A stretch of 64,000 nucleotides of DNA. Source: Deltaproteobacteria bacterium (GTDB lineage Bacteria; Myxococcota_A; UBA9160; SMWR01). The DNA lies in contig JAQBGU010000107.1 in NCBI GenBank assembly GCA_032128375.1, forward strand, positions 1-64,000, written 5' to 3'. Under the pieces are notes generated by a model. The model saw nothing but the letters and a program-made list of their open reading frames with translations, was not told the origin of the DNA and made no database searches. Below, piece by piece: positions 1 through 9,420 of the stretch. Both the position numbers and the translations under genes were made by a program. Positions within the stretch are counted from its first letter, which is position 1; every line of letters starts with the position of its first letter.

Positions 1-612
1 ACGGTAGTGCTGGGTCGCAGCCGCGGCTGCGACCTTCGGATTGGCGGCGGTGACGCGTCCAGGCGGCATGCGGAAATCCGCGGGGACGCCGACGGCTTCC
101 TACTGCGCGATCTTGGGTCTACCAATGGCACCCTGCTCAACGGCGAGCGCATCAGCGAGCATCGGCTCGCGCCGGGAGACAGGATCGAGATCGGCACCAG
201 CATGATCACGTTCTGCGAAGTCGGCGGCGGACTCGAGAACCTCGCGCTCGACGGCGACACCGAGAAGACGATTCTCACTGAGCGCCCCATATCGAATCAG
301 GTATTCGAAGGCGATCTGGCCGAGATTCCGCCGTTCGCCGTACTTCAGATGCTCGAAATGGGGCGCAAAACCGGACTGTTGCAGTTCGATTCGGTGGAAG
401 GCGTGGGCCGGTTGTGGCTGTGCAAGGGCGACCCCGTGCACGCCACCACCAAGACCCAAACCGGCTTCGACGCAGCGATCTCGATCGTGCACGAGTCGAC
501 GGGTCGATTCACATTCCAGCCACACGAAACGCCACCCGAGCGGACCATCGAAGCGTCGGTTACCGAGCTCCTGCTCGAATCTGCACGCGCGCTCGACGAG
601 GGTCTGTTGTAG
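1..612 (+). CDS. FHA domain + DUF4388 (PatA-N-like) protein, probably 5'-truncated by the window edge
   Basis: FHA motifs LGR..., SRRHA, DLGSTNGT; C-terminal FEGDLAEIPPFAVLQML...KTG...G.F.F...IEASVTELLLESARALDE is typical of DUF4388. Confidence 0.85.
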   Translation, partial: TVVLGRSRGCDLRIGGGDASRRHAEIRGDADGFLLRDLGSTNGTLLNGERISEHRLAPGDRIEIGTSMITFCEVGGGLENLALDGDTEKTILTERPISNQVFEGDLAEIPPFAVLQMLEMGRKTGLLQFDSVEGVGRLWLCKGDPVHATTKTQTGFDAAISIVHESTGRFTFQPHETPPERTIEASVTELLLESARALDEGLL

Positions 613-1993
613 TTGTTGTAGTAGTAGTTGTTGTAGTTGTTGTGGTTGGTGTAGTTGGTGTAGTTGCTGTGGTTGTTGCAGTTGCTGTGGTTGTTGCTGC
701 AGCTGTATGGGCTGAATCTGTCGGTTTCGGCTCGACACCCTCGGGCGGAAACTCATCGCGAATCGAGCGCTGGACGGCTCGGTCCAGTCCCGCCGTGTCG
801 ACCCCCAGACTTGTGCGCAATGCGACGTCGGCACTCTTCCCCTCGCCCAACATCCTGAGCAGCGTATGGCGCTGTTGCGGCGTGGTCTGCGACGCGATCC
901 AATCCGCGGCCGCGGCAGATTCCAGGTAAGCGGCTCGGGCGCCCGCGTCGTCGAGCCCAGCAAAGCTCGGTGCGAGTCTGAGAAGCGGAATCCACGTACC
1001 CGAGTCGATCCGACTCCGCAGTGACGCGCGCTCGCTGCGAGTCAAGCCGGTGTGCCGCAACGCGGCCCGCTCGGAAAGCTCGGCCAGTCCCTCATTGAGC
1101 CAGTACGGCCGATCGCCGCCGGTCCTTTCGCGGAACACGGCGTGGGAGTATTCGTGGAACAACAGCGCGCGGAGTTCGCCGGCGGGGTGCGCGGCGGATA
1201 CGACGTGGATCCGACCATCGAAGAACCCGATCGTCTGAAATGAAAACCGGTGCCGATGCGCCTGCAGGTAGGCGGCCTTGCCGTAGAAGACCACACCCAT
1301 CGGCTCTTCGGGAACGGAGCCCAGTCGTTCGTTCACAGTCTCGCGGGCTTGCTTGAGGTAGCGGAGCACCGTTTTTGCAAAGTCGGGCGAGGCCATCCCC
1401 AGCTCCGGGTCGTAGTGAACGCGGAAATGCGACGAGGTGGCGTCGCGCCATGATCCCGCCGAATGCGCACCCTCTGGGTCCGCCAGGCGCTCCTCGTCCA
1501 CCAGCGCCGCCAGACGCCGCTGTGCGGACTTTCGCCAGGGTTCCAGATCATCACCAGCAGAGGCCAGAAAAGCCTCCAGGTGCGCCCTGGCGGAGTCGTA
1601 GCGGCCCCGCTGCCGGTCGAGCAGAGCCAGGTACCAGTGAGCGCGCGGTGTAGCGGGCGCTGTGCGCAAAACTGCATCGAGTGTCACGGTCGCGCGCGCG
1701 CTTTCACCACTCTGAAGATCGGCGACAGCGCCCTGGATCAGCCGATCGATCCGACTGCGTGCGCGGTCTGGCCGGACGCCAGAGACTGCCTCGCCGGTCG
1801 CATCGGTCCACAAGTCCGCGAGATCATCCCGGCCAGTCTTGACGTTGTCGGGGACTCCAGAGGGGTCATCGCTGATGTGGGTGAGGCCGTCTGGATCGAT
1901 CCAGACGAACATCTCGGCCGTGGAGAAATCCGCTGCGCCGCAAATCGCGAGGCTCCAGGAGAACACCAGCCCACGCAGGATTCGAAGCAGCAT
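560..1993 (-). CDS. Secreted peptidase MA-like zinc metalloprotease with N-terminal DUF4124-like and TPR-like segments; Thr-rich low-complexity C-tail
   Basis: Signal peptide; WIDPDGLTHISD (DUF4124-like); HEYSH (HExxH) followed by WLNEGLAE. Confidence 0.75.
   Translation of the reverse strand: MLLRILRGLVFSWSLAICGAADFSTAEMFVWIDPDGLTHISDDPSGVPDNVKTGRDDLADLWTDATGEAVSGVRPDRARSRIDRLIQGAVADLQSGESARATVTLDAVLRTAPATPRAHWYLALLDRQRGRYDSARAHLEAFLASAGDDLEPWRKSAQRRLAALVDEERLADPEGAHSAGSWRDATSSHFRVHYDPELGMASPDFAKTVLRYLKQARETVNERLGSVPEEPMGVVFYGKAAYLQAHRHRFSFQTIGFFDGRIHVVSAAHPAGELRALLFHEYSHAVFRERTGGDRPYWLNEGLAELSERAALRHTGLTRSERASLRSRIDSGTWIPLLRLAPSFAGLDDAGARAAYLESAAAADWIASQTTPQQRHTLLRMLGEGKSADVALRTSLGVDTAGLDRAVQRSIRDEFPPEGVEPKPTDSAHTAAATTTATATTTATTPTTPTTTTTTTTTTTTTTDPRRARVQIRAGAR
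606..706. repeat. Degenerate trinucleotide (GTT/GTA/GTG) low-complexity tract, poly-Thr on the minus strand
   Basis: gttgtagttgttgtagtagtagttgttgtagttgttgtggttggtgtagttgg... read directly. Confidence 0.9.
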
Positions 1994-2014
1994 GTTCTCC
2001 GTTTCGGAGAGGCG

Positions 2015-2575
2015 TCACCGGGTCTTGACCGCCTCGTCGGCCAGATGCCCCATCTCAGGGAGCACGAGCTTTTCCATCGCGAGGGTCACGGCCCCCCGTG
2101 AGCCCGGCAGCACGAACACAATGCGCCCGGACGCGATTCCTGCCAGTGCGCGCGACAGCAACGCCGCCGTGCCGATGTCCGCGTAGGACAACATCCGGAA
2201 CAGTTCCCCGAACCCGGGGATGACGCGATCGAGCAGCGGCTCGATCGAATCGGGCGTCACATCGCGGGGTGCCACCCCGGTGCCACCGGTAAAAATGATT
2301 GCGCGCACGTCGTCGCGGTCGAGTGCGTGGCGCATCGCATTTGTGATTTCGGTCGGCTCGTCCTTGACGATCTCGCGGTGCACAACGGTGTGACCGGCCT
2401 GGGTCAGGAACGCAGCGACCGTGGCTCCGCCGGTGTCGGTCTCGAGTGTGCGCGTGTCGCTGACACTGATGACCACGGTCGAAAGCGGTACCGCAGCGTT
2501 CTGGCGGTGGTGATGATGCTTCGAGGAGGGCTTGGGGTCGCTCAGCTTTGTCTCACGGGCATGTCTCACGGGCAT
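2015..2575 (-). CDS. moaB: Molybdenum cofactor biosynthesis protein MoaB/MogA family
   Basis: VSDTR...[30 protein letters not shown] motifs. Confidence 0.9.
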   Translation of the reverse strand: MPVRHARETKLSDPKPSSKHHHHRQNAAVPLSTVVISVSDTRTLETDTGGATVAAFLTQAGHTVVHREIVKDEPTEITNAMRHALDRDDVRAIIFTGGTGVAPRDVTPDSIEPLLDRVIPGFGELFRMLSYADIGTAALLSRALAGIASGRIVFVLPGSRGAVTLAMEKLVLPEMGHLADEAVKTR

Positions 2576-2586
2576 GTCTCACGGGC
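2549..2586. repeat. 13-bp tandem repeat TGTCTCACGGGCA x3 spanning the moaE stop and moaB start
   Basis: tgtctcacgggca tgtctcacgggca tgtctcacgggc. Confidence 0.95.
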
Positions 2587-3238
2587 GATCGTCCACCCAA
2601 TACTCACCGTCTGTTGCGACTTCCTTCTTCCAGATCGGAACTGTTTCTTTCAGCGTGTCGATCGCGTACCGACAGGCGGAAAAGGCTTCGCCGCGATGCG
2701 GGGCAGCTGCGACGACTACTACGGCCAGATCGCCGATCACTAGGTGGCCCGCACGGTGGGCGATCGCGACCCGCGTTCCCGGCCAACGCTTCGAGGCGTC
2801 GGCGGCGATCTTCTCCATCTCGCGTTCGGCCATTTCAGGGTAAGACTCGTACTCGAGGTGTCGGATCTCGCGACCGCGCGCGTTGTCGCGGACTGCGCCG
2901 ATGAACGTCACGATCCCGCCCATCCCAGGACCGGCGACGCGCGCCACTACCGACCCGACATCGATCGGTGTCTCTGACAATGAGCACATCGGCGATCCTC
3001 CCGATACCGGGGGTAGAAATGCCACCTCATCTCCGTCTTGCAGCTGGGCATCGAGGTCGCTGACCTCGAGATTGACCGCAACCGCCAACCGCGTACCGAA
3101 ACGCTCCACGTCCGGATACTCGAAAACCAGGCGATCCCAGATATCGGCGGCGCGAGCACCGGCCCCCAAATCGAGGCAGAGTTCCTTGGCGCCGGCGGCT
3201 TCGCGGACCGCACCGAACAATTTCACGGTGATCTGCAT
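2579..3238 (-). CDS. moaE: Fused molybdopterin synthase MoaD-MoaE (MoaX-like)
   Basis: N-terminal ubiquitin-like MoaD ending FLPPVSGG, then MoaE (GGIVTFIGAVR, LEYESYPEMA, HR.G.L..G, PIWKKE). Confidence 0.92.
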   Translation of the reverse strand: MQITVKLFGAVREAAGAKELCLDLGAGARAADIWDRLVFEYPDVERFGTRLAVAVNLEVSDLDAQLQDGDEVAFLPPVSGGSPMCSLSETPIDVGSVVARVAGPGMGGIVTFIGAVRDNARGREIRHLEYESYPEMAEREMEKIAADASKRWPGTRVAIAHRAGHLVIGDLAVVVVAAAPHRGEAFSACRYAIDTLKETVPIWKKEVATDGEYWVDDRP

Positions 3239-3325
3239 GGGAAAAACCTAGCAGGTTGCGGAAATGCCCTGGACCGGTCCGGTGCGGATATTCCGGCCGA
3301 GCGGTATTGGTCGAAGGTCACCCAT

Positions 3326-3355
3326 TTGACTCGATTTTCCTCGCGCTACTAGAAT
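3326..3355 (+). promoter_or_regulatory. Putative sigma70 promoter of the histone-like gene
   Basis: TTGACT-18 bp-TAGAAT about 70 bp upstream of ATG 3427; GGAGG RBS before the ATG. Confidence 0.5.
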
Positions 3356-3426
3356 CACTCCACAACTTCGGAGATTTCGCGCTAGCCCCAACATCTAGCG
3401 CGGACCCCGGAAACGGAGGAGGCGAA

Positions 3427-4173
3427 ATGGCAGCTCGAAAGAAGGCGGCGGAGCGAGGACGCAAGAAGGCCCCCGGGAAGAAGAATACCATTCGAAAGAA
3501 ATCTCCGACCCGAAAAAAGGCCCCGGCTCGCGAGAAACCCGCAGTCCAAAAAAAGACCGCGGGTCGGAAGAAGGCGGCGCTGCGGAAAAAGGCCGCGTCC
3601 CGGAAAAAGACCGCGAGTCGGAAAAAGACCGCGAGTCGGAAAAAGGCTGCGCTGCGGAAAAAGGCCGCTCCCCGGAAAAAGACCGCGGCCCGAAGGACCG
3701 TCGCCAAGAAAGTCAGCCCGAAAAAAGCGTCTCCCAAGAAGAGAGCTACTCGGGTCGCGCGCCCGAAGCAACTGGCAACACGCAGGAAGGCCGTGCACCG
3801 CAACGTCGCGGCCAACAAGGTGGTCCTGGCCTCGGGACACAAGCCAACGTCCCAATCGATCGAATCCCCAAAATCATCCACGGCGCCGAATACCGAAATT
3901 GTCGATTCGGTCGCAGGCGCGTCCGCCGACAAAATCGGTGTGATCCAGCACTACTACCCGCGAGTCGAAGCCGCGATCATCAGCGTGAGCCATGGCGTCT
4001 TGCGGACAGGAGACACGCTGCATTTCCGCGGGCACACAACCGACTTCTACCAGCGGGTCGACCGAATGGAGGTCGAACACCAACTGGTCGAAGCCGTCAC
4101 CGCCGGACAAACCGTCGGTGTGCATGTGAGCCGACGCGTTCGCGAAGGAGATCTCGTGATGCGGGTCGCCTGA
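3427..4173 (+). CDS. Histone H1-like Lys/Arg/Ala-rich protein fused to a C-terminal EF-Tu domain II / U32 C-terminal-like beta-barrel
   Basis: Repeated RKK(A/T)A(S/L/P) hexapeptides; C-terminal IGVIQHYY...LRTGDTLHFRGHTTDFYQRV..MEVEH...G..VG....RVREGD; strong RBS. Confidence 0.8.
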   Translation: MAARKKAAERGRKKAPGKKNTIRKKSPTRKKAPAREKPAVQKKTAGRKKAALRKKAASRKKTASRKKTASRKKAALRKKAAPRKKTAARRTVAKKVSPKKASPKKRATRVARPKQLATRRKAVHRNVAANKVVLASGHKPTSQSIESPKSSTAPNTEIVDSVAGASADKIGVIQHYYPRVEAAIISVSHGVLRTGDTLHFRGHTTDFYQRVDRMEVEHQLVEAVTAGQTVGVHVSRRVREGDLVMRVA

Positions 4174-4182
4174 ATGGCCTGG

Positions 4183-4680
4183 CTACGGTTTCTTGTCAGC
4201 GGTGGAACCGGACGCGACGGGTAGCAACACAGCCTTCGGTTTACTCCGACTGCCATTCATGGTCACTTGTCCGTTCACCTTGGCACCCTCTTCAACTACC
4301 AACATCGGAGCCTCGATATTTCCATTGACCAGCGCGGTCTTGTGCAGCACTACTTTGGCTTCGGCAATCACGTTTCCCGACACGGTTCCGCTGATCGAGA
4401 CCGTCTTCGAGTGGATATCCGCCTCGATCTCACCACTTTCGCCGACGATCAGCGTGTTCTCGCTGGTGATCTCACCGCAGAACTTCCCGTCGATCCGAAC
4501 CGTGTCTCGAAAGGACAACTTCCCTTCGAATTCGGAGCCCTGATCGATGAACGCAGTCAGTCCACCGGCGCCCGCAGTGCTTTTGCCCGAACCGGTATCG
4601 GATGGAGCGCTGCTGGCAATGCTGGTGGGTTGATCTGATTGAAATGTGTCCTTACCTCGGCCAAACGGATTTGTCGCCAT
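4183..4680 (-). CDS. Bactofilin (polymer-forming cytoskeletal protein)
   Basis: AFIDQGSEFEGKLSF...VRIDG...LIVGESG.IEADI...V.I.G.V.GNV...VEEGAKVNG beta-helix pattern; GAGGGG RBS. Confidence 0.9.
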   Translation of the reverse strand: MATNPFGRGKDTFQSDQPTSIASSAPSDTGSGKSTAGAGGLTAFIDQGSEFEGKLSFRDTVRIDGKFCGEITSENTLIVGESGEIEADIHSKTVSISGTVSGNVIAEAKVVLHKTALVNGNIEAPMLVVEEGAKVNGQVTMNGSRSKPKAVLLPVASGSTADKKP

Positions 4681-5064
4681 CTGAGAATCCCCCTCATGCG
4701 ATGTTCGAATACGTCCAGTGAATCGGCGCAAATGGCGCGGGACTTGAGTGACGATTGGAACTGATCGAAACGCCAGTCCAGCAGCCCTTCGGCGGGGTTC
4801 AGCGCTCAGATGCACAGCAGTGAGCGGCCGGGCCAGGGCTCCGGCACGGACCGAATCGGAGCCATGTCGATCGCGAAGCTTCGGAAATTTCGCGGACCAG
4901 GCGACGCCCCTGCTGTGCGGCTCGATCGTGGATCACAGATATGACCTGGATCACAATCCCCCAAGCTGCGCGTCTTCTTTCGCCTTTGCCTGGCTCCCAA
5001 TCGACGCTCGCAGCACGACGTTGGCTCGACCCTGTGCTTGACGGGCTGCTAGACTGCGCGCCCG

Positions 5065-5991
5065 ATGTCTGATCCCTCCACTGCGGTAACGCGATCCGCT
5101 GGTGTGCCGAGCGACCCCCAGCTCCTGCTGCGCAGAGCGCTCGAAACTGGACGCGTTCACACAGCGTACCTGCTGTCGGGCCCCGGTTCGGCACCGCGCG
5201 AGGCGGCACTCGAGTTCGCACGCGGGCTCGTATGCACAACCGCCGGCGCCGGTGCATGCGAACAGTGCATCCAATGTCGAAGATCGACACCGGGTGACCC
5301 CATCGTTCTCGACGGAACGGGACGTAAGGGACCGCTGCTGCGACATGTCGGCGACCACGCCGACCTGTTCTGGATCGAGCGGGGGCCGGACGACACACGA
5401 GTGCGGATTGGCCAGATTCGGGCGCTGCAAAACGCGCTGCGCTTGCGATCGACCGAAGGCGGTCGGCGCGCGGCGGTCATCGCGGACGCAGAGCGGATGA
5501 ACCAGGAAGCGCAGAACGCACTGCTGCGAATCCTGGAAGAACCGCCTCCCGCGACAACGTTGATCCTCGCAACCTCGACGTCGGCGGGCTTGCTGGCGAC
5601 GGTGCGCTCGCGATGCCAACGACTCGTGTTCCACGCAAGTCACGCATCGGGCGATGCTTCAGAGCACTCCGATCTTTCCGCGCGAATCAACGCTATCGCG
5701 ACAACACCACTGCCCGAATTGCTCGACTGGGCGGCCGAACACCGAGGCGCGCGCGCAACCGTGGTCGATGGGGTGAACGAGCTACTCGAGGCGGCGAGCT
5801 GTTGGTTGCGCGACCGGGTCGCCGCGTCGGTTTACAGCGGGCACGGCTCAGTAGGAGGAAGCATCGAAGCACAGCTCGACGCCTTCGGAACGCTGAACGA
5901 CTGTCGCAAGACCCTCTCGCAGCGAAATGCGAACCCCCAAATGGTGGCCGAGCGAGCGCTGCTGGCGCTACGCGAGGCGGTTTCGCGATGA
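5065..5991 (+). CDS. holB: DNA polymerase III delta' subunit
   Basis: HTAYLLSGPG, CEQCIQC zinc site, AERMNQEAQNALLRILEEPP, TVRSRCQ; upstream of metG/tatD. Confidence 0.85.
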   Translation: MSDPSTAVTRSAGVPSDPQLLLRRALETGRVHTAYLLSGPGSAPREAALEFARGLVCTTAGAGACEQCIQCRRSTPGDPIVLDGTGRKGPLLRHVGDHADLFWIERGPDDTRVRIGQIRALQNALRLRSTEGGRRAAVIADAERMNQEAQNALLRILEEPPPATTLILATSTSAGLLATVRSRCQRLVFHASHASGDASEHSDLSARINAIATTPLPELLDWAAEHRGARATVVDGVNELLEAASCWLRDRVAASVYSGHGSVGGSIEAQLDAFGTLNDCRKTLSQRNANPQMVAERALLALREAVSR

Positions 5992-7562
5992 CGTCGGCAT
6001 TCTATGTGACCTCACCGATCTATTACGTCAATGGCAAGCCCCACATCGGGCATACCTACACCACGGTGGTGCTCGACACGCTGGCCCGGTATCACCGACT
6101 GGTGGGCGACGACACCTTCTTCCTGACAGGAACCGACGAGCATGGCGAAAAAATCGCCGTCGCCGCGATCGAACGCGGCGTATCGCCGCGGCAGGTGGCC
6201 GACGAATACTCGGCTGCGTTTCGCGCCACCTGGAAGTCGCTCGGCTTCTCGTTCGATCGGTTCATCCGAACGACCGAGGAGCATCACAAGCGGCTCGTCC
6301 AGCAGATCCTGCAGCAGGTGTACGACGCAGGTGAGATCTACTTCCAGGAGTACGAAGGCGTGTACTGCGTAGGTTGCGAGCGCTTCCTGACAGACCGCGA
6401 CATGCTCGACGGACTCTGCCGCGATCACGAACGCGCCCCACAACACCGCAAAGAATCGAACTACTTCCTGCGGCTCACCAACCAATTCGAATGGCTGACC
6501 GGGTACATCAACGACCACCCGGATTTCATTCGGCCCGCGCGCTACAAGAACGAGACCTTGGCAATGCTACGCGACGAGAGCGGGCTCGGCGATCTGTGCA
6601 TCTCGCGCCCGAAAGAGCGGTTGGAATGGGGAATCGAACTGCCCTTCGACAAGGACTATGTCTGTTATGTCTGGTTCGATGCGTTGATCAATTACGTGAC
6701 CGGCATCGGCTACCCCGACGGCCCAGACTTCGAGCGCTACTGGGGGGCGGTCGAGCATGTGATCGGCAAGGACATCCTGAAGCCGCACGCGATCTTCTGG
6801 CCGATCATGCTGAAGGCGATCGGGCTGCCGATGTACCGACACCTGAACGTGCATGGATTTTGGAACGTCGACGAACGGAAAGTCTCGAAGTCACTGGGCA
6901 ACATGATCGCGCCCGAGATCATGAAGGACCGCTACGGCTTCGACGCATTTCGATTCTACCTGATGCGCGAGATGGTCTTCGGTCTCGACGCGAACTTCAG
7001 CGAGGAAGCGCTGGTCGGCCGCATCAACGCCGACCTCGCCAACAACCTCGGGAATCTGGTCAGCCGCACGCTGAACATGACCGCCCGCTACGCAGACGGT
7101 GTCGTCCCTACGCCGGGAGAACCGGATGATTTGGACCGCGAAATTCACTCGGCTGTCGCACGGACAGCGCAGCAGGTCGACGAAGCGTTGAGGGCCTTCG
7201 AATTCCACCGCGCGCTGGAGCACATCTTTGCACTGCTCGACCGGCTGAACCGCTACCTCGAGACTCGCGCTCCGTGGAAAGCCGTCAAACAACCCGGTAG
7301 CGAGGAGTGGGTCGCGACGACGCTGTACACCTGCTGCGAAGCCCTGCGAGCGGTCGCGCTCCTGCTCGCGCCATTTCTGCCCGACAGCGTCCCGGTGATT
7401 CTCGAACAACTGGGGATCCCAGACGCTCTGGTCGGCGCCCGGCTGCCCGACGATGCGGCACGCTGGGGTGTACTCAAACCCGGCACGCCAACCCAGCAGG
7501 GTGGGCCTCTGTTTCCCCGAATCGAACTTCCCGAAGCCGACTCCAGGGAGTCCAAGGATTAG
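5988..7562 (+). CDS. metG: Methionine--tRNA ligase (short form, no C-terminal tRNA-binding domain)
   Basis: FYVTSPIYYVNGKPHIGH, TGTDEHGEK, YVWFDAL, GKDI, KVSKSLGN; ATGA overlap with holB. Confidence 0.97.
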   Translation: MTSAFYVTSPIYYVNGKPHIGHTYTTVVLDTLARYHRLVGDDTFFLTGTDEHGEKIAVAAIERGVSPRQVADEYSAAFRATWKSLGFSFDRFIRTTEEHHKRLVQQILQQVYDAGEIYFQEYEGVYCVGCERFLTDRDMLDGLCRDHERAPQHRKESNYFLRLTNQFEWLTGYINDHPDFIRPARYKNETLAMLRDESGLGDLCISRPKERLEWGIELPFDKDYVCYVWFDALINYVTGIGYPDGPDFERYWGAVEHVIGKDILKPHAIFWPIMLKAIGLPMYRHLNVHGFWNVDERKVSKSLGNMIAPEIMKDRYGFDAFRFYLMREMVFGLDANFSEEALVGRINADLANNLGNLVSRTLNMTARYADGVVPTPGEPDDLDREIHSAVARTAQQVDEALRAFEFHRALEHIFALLDRLNRYLETRAPWKAVKQPGSEEWVATTLYTCCEALRAVALLLAPFLPDSVPVILEQLGIPDALVGARLPDDAARWGVLKPGTPTQQGGPLFPRIELPEADSRESKD

Positions 7563-7742
7563 CCCCATTTTTCCTGAAATCCGCAGCGGCGGACACTGAT
7601 TTCGCCCGACCTGCTCGCTCCAGGCAGCTGGACGTATCGCTGTTCCGCCGTCGGCCCCAGTCCGCGGGCCGCAAACTTGCGGCACACTCCGTGCGCTCGC
7701 GACCGATCCGAACAGACGGCCCTCTCAGGGATTCCCCACCGA

Positions 7743-7794
7743 TTTTCCCTACAGATATTCCATACAGACTTTCCATGCAGACTTTCCATGCAGA
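7743..7794. repeat. 13-bp tandem repeat x4 (consensus CTTTCCATRCAGA), intergenic
   Basis: ttttccctacaga tattccatacaga ctttccatgcaga ctttccatgcaga. Confidence 0.9.
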
Positions 7795-7823
7795 TCAGGG
7801 GTCATGAATGATGCGGGTCAACC

Positions 7824-8627
7824 GTGTGGCTCGATAGCCATTGCCACGTCGCCGCAAGCGAGTTCGACGACGACCGCGACGAGGTGCTGGATCGGGCTTC
7901 GGCCGAAGGCGTTGACGCGTTCGTTGCGATCGGCTCGGGTTATGGAATCCGAAGCAACAGCCGAGCTGTCGCGCTGGCCGCCAGCGATCCCCGCGTATTT
8001 GCGACAGTCGGCGTCCACCCTCACGAGGCCAGCGAACTCGACGATGAAATGCGTGGATGGTTGAATCAGCTGCTCGACCAACCGCGCGTCGTGGCCGTTG
8101 GTGAATGCGGACTCGACTATCACTACATGAAGTCAGATCGGGAAGTACAGCGATCTGTCTTCGCCGAGCAGGTCGCGACCGCGCGCGAGCGTTCTTTGCC
8201 CGTCACGATTCACGTGCGGGGAGACGAGCCCAACGCCTACGACGAACTGCTCGAGATCTGGCTGTCCGAAGGTGGTGGCGACCTGGCAGGGGTGCTTCAT
8301 TGCTACACTGGGACGCTCGAGTTCGCGAAGCGAGCGATGGACGCGGGGTTCTTCGTTTCCTTCTCTGGAATACTGACATTCAAGAACGATCGCGGGCTGC
8401 GCGACGTAGCGAAGGAAATTCCCTTGGATCGACTCATGGTCGAAACCGATGCACCGCTACTCGCACCACAGGGGTTTCGCGGCAAGCGCAACGAACCGGC
8501 TCGTGTGAGTGTGGTGGGCGAAGTTCTCGCAGAGGTCTTGCGCATGCCAATAGCGGAAGTGGCAATGGCGACCTCTGCCAATGCGCGGGCACTGTTTCGA
8601 CTCGACGAGGCCGCACCCGTTGAGTGA
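7824..8627 (+). CDS. tatD: TatD family hydrolase
   Basis: DSHCH, GVHPH, GECGLDY, HCYTG, ETDAP, RGKRNEP. Confidence 0.95.
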   Translation: MWLDSHCHVAASEFDDDRDEVLDRASAEGVDAFVAIGSGYGIRSNSRAVALAASDPRVFATVGVHPHEASELDDEMRGWLNQLLDQPRVVAVGECGLDYHYMKSDREVQRSVFAEQVATARERSLPVTIHVRGDEPNAYDELLEIWLSEGGGDLAGVLHCYTGTLEFAKRAMDAGFFVSFSGILTFKNDRGLRDVAKEIPLDRLMVETDAPLLAPQGFRGKRNEPARVSVVGEVLAEVLRMPIAEVAMATSANARALFRLDEAAPVE

Positions 8628-9420
8628 ATCGTCGAATGCCGAGACGCAAGTGGTCCGTGAACTGGCCGAACGGCTGGCCCGACAAGCGGGTGCAATCCAG
8701 CGCGAGCGCTACGAGGGAGCACTGGTCATCGAGACCAAGAGTGAGAGCATCGACCTCGTCACCGATGTCGACCACGCGTGTGAAAAACTCATCGTCGGCA
8801 CACTGGCCGAGTTGCGCCCCGACGACGCGATCCTCGCCGAGGAAGGCAGCGGCGACGACACGACCGACGCGTCGTGGCGTTGGATCATCGATCCCCTGGA
8901 CGGTACGACGAACTACGCGCATGGCTACCCTCGCTTCTGCGTATCGATCGGCGTAGAGCACGGGGGTGTCGGCACGGTCGGCGTCGTCTACGACCCGCTG
9001 CTCGACGAACTGTTCTGCGGGGTTCGCGGCCGCGGCGCGACACTGAACGGGCGGGCGATCCACGTCTCTGGCGAAAGCGACATGAGCCAGGCCATGCTCG
9101 CTACCGGCTTCGCATACGACGTGCATCGATCCGACGACGACAACATCAACCACTTCGCCGCAATCGTCAAAGCCGCCCGCGCGTTGCGTCGCGACGGCAG
9201 CGCGGCGCTAGATTTGTGTTATGTGGCAGCGGGACGCTTCGACGGCTTTTGGGAACTGAAACTTCACGCCTGGGATGTTGCCGCCGGAATCATCATCGTC
9301 GAGGAGGCAGGCGGCCGCACCAGTGATTTTACCGGAGCCGAATCCTGCCGTACCGGTCGCGAAACGGTCGTCAGCAACGGCCACCTCCACGACGCGATGC
9401 TCGAAATTCTGCGACACTGA
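8620..9420 (+). CDS. suhB: Inositol monophosphatase family protein (start approximate)
   Basis: DLVTDVD, EE, WIIDPLDGTTNY, GSAALDLCYVAAGR.DG, WDVAAG. Confidence 0.93.
   Translation: MSESSNAETQVVRELAERLARQAGAIQRERYEGALVIETKSESIDLVTDVDHACEKLIVGTLAELRPDDAILAEEGSGDDTTDASWRWIIDPLDGTTNYAHGYPRFCVSIGVEHGGVGTVGVVYDPLLDELFCGVRGRGATLNGRAIHVSGESDMSQAMLATGFAYDVHRSDDDNINHFAAIVKAARALRRDGSAALDLCYVAAGRFDGFWELKLHAWDVAAGIIIVEEAGGRTSDFTGAESCRTGRETVVSNGHLHDAMLEILRH

Noticed and set aside
100..963. Gln-rich ORF (minus) and poly-Val ORF 414-929 (plus)
   Set aside because: Alternative frames of the trinucleotide tract that overlap two genes with clear motifs.
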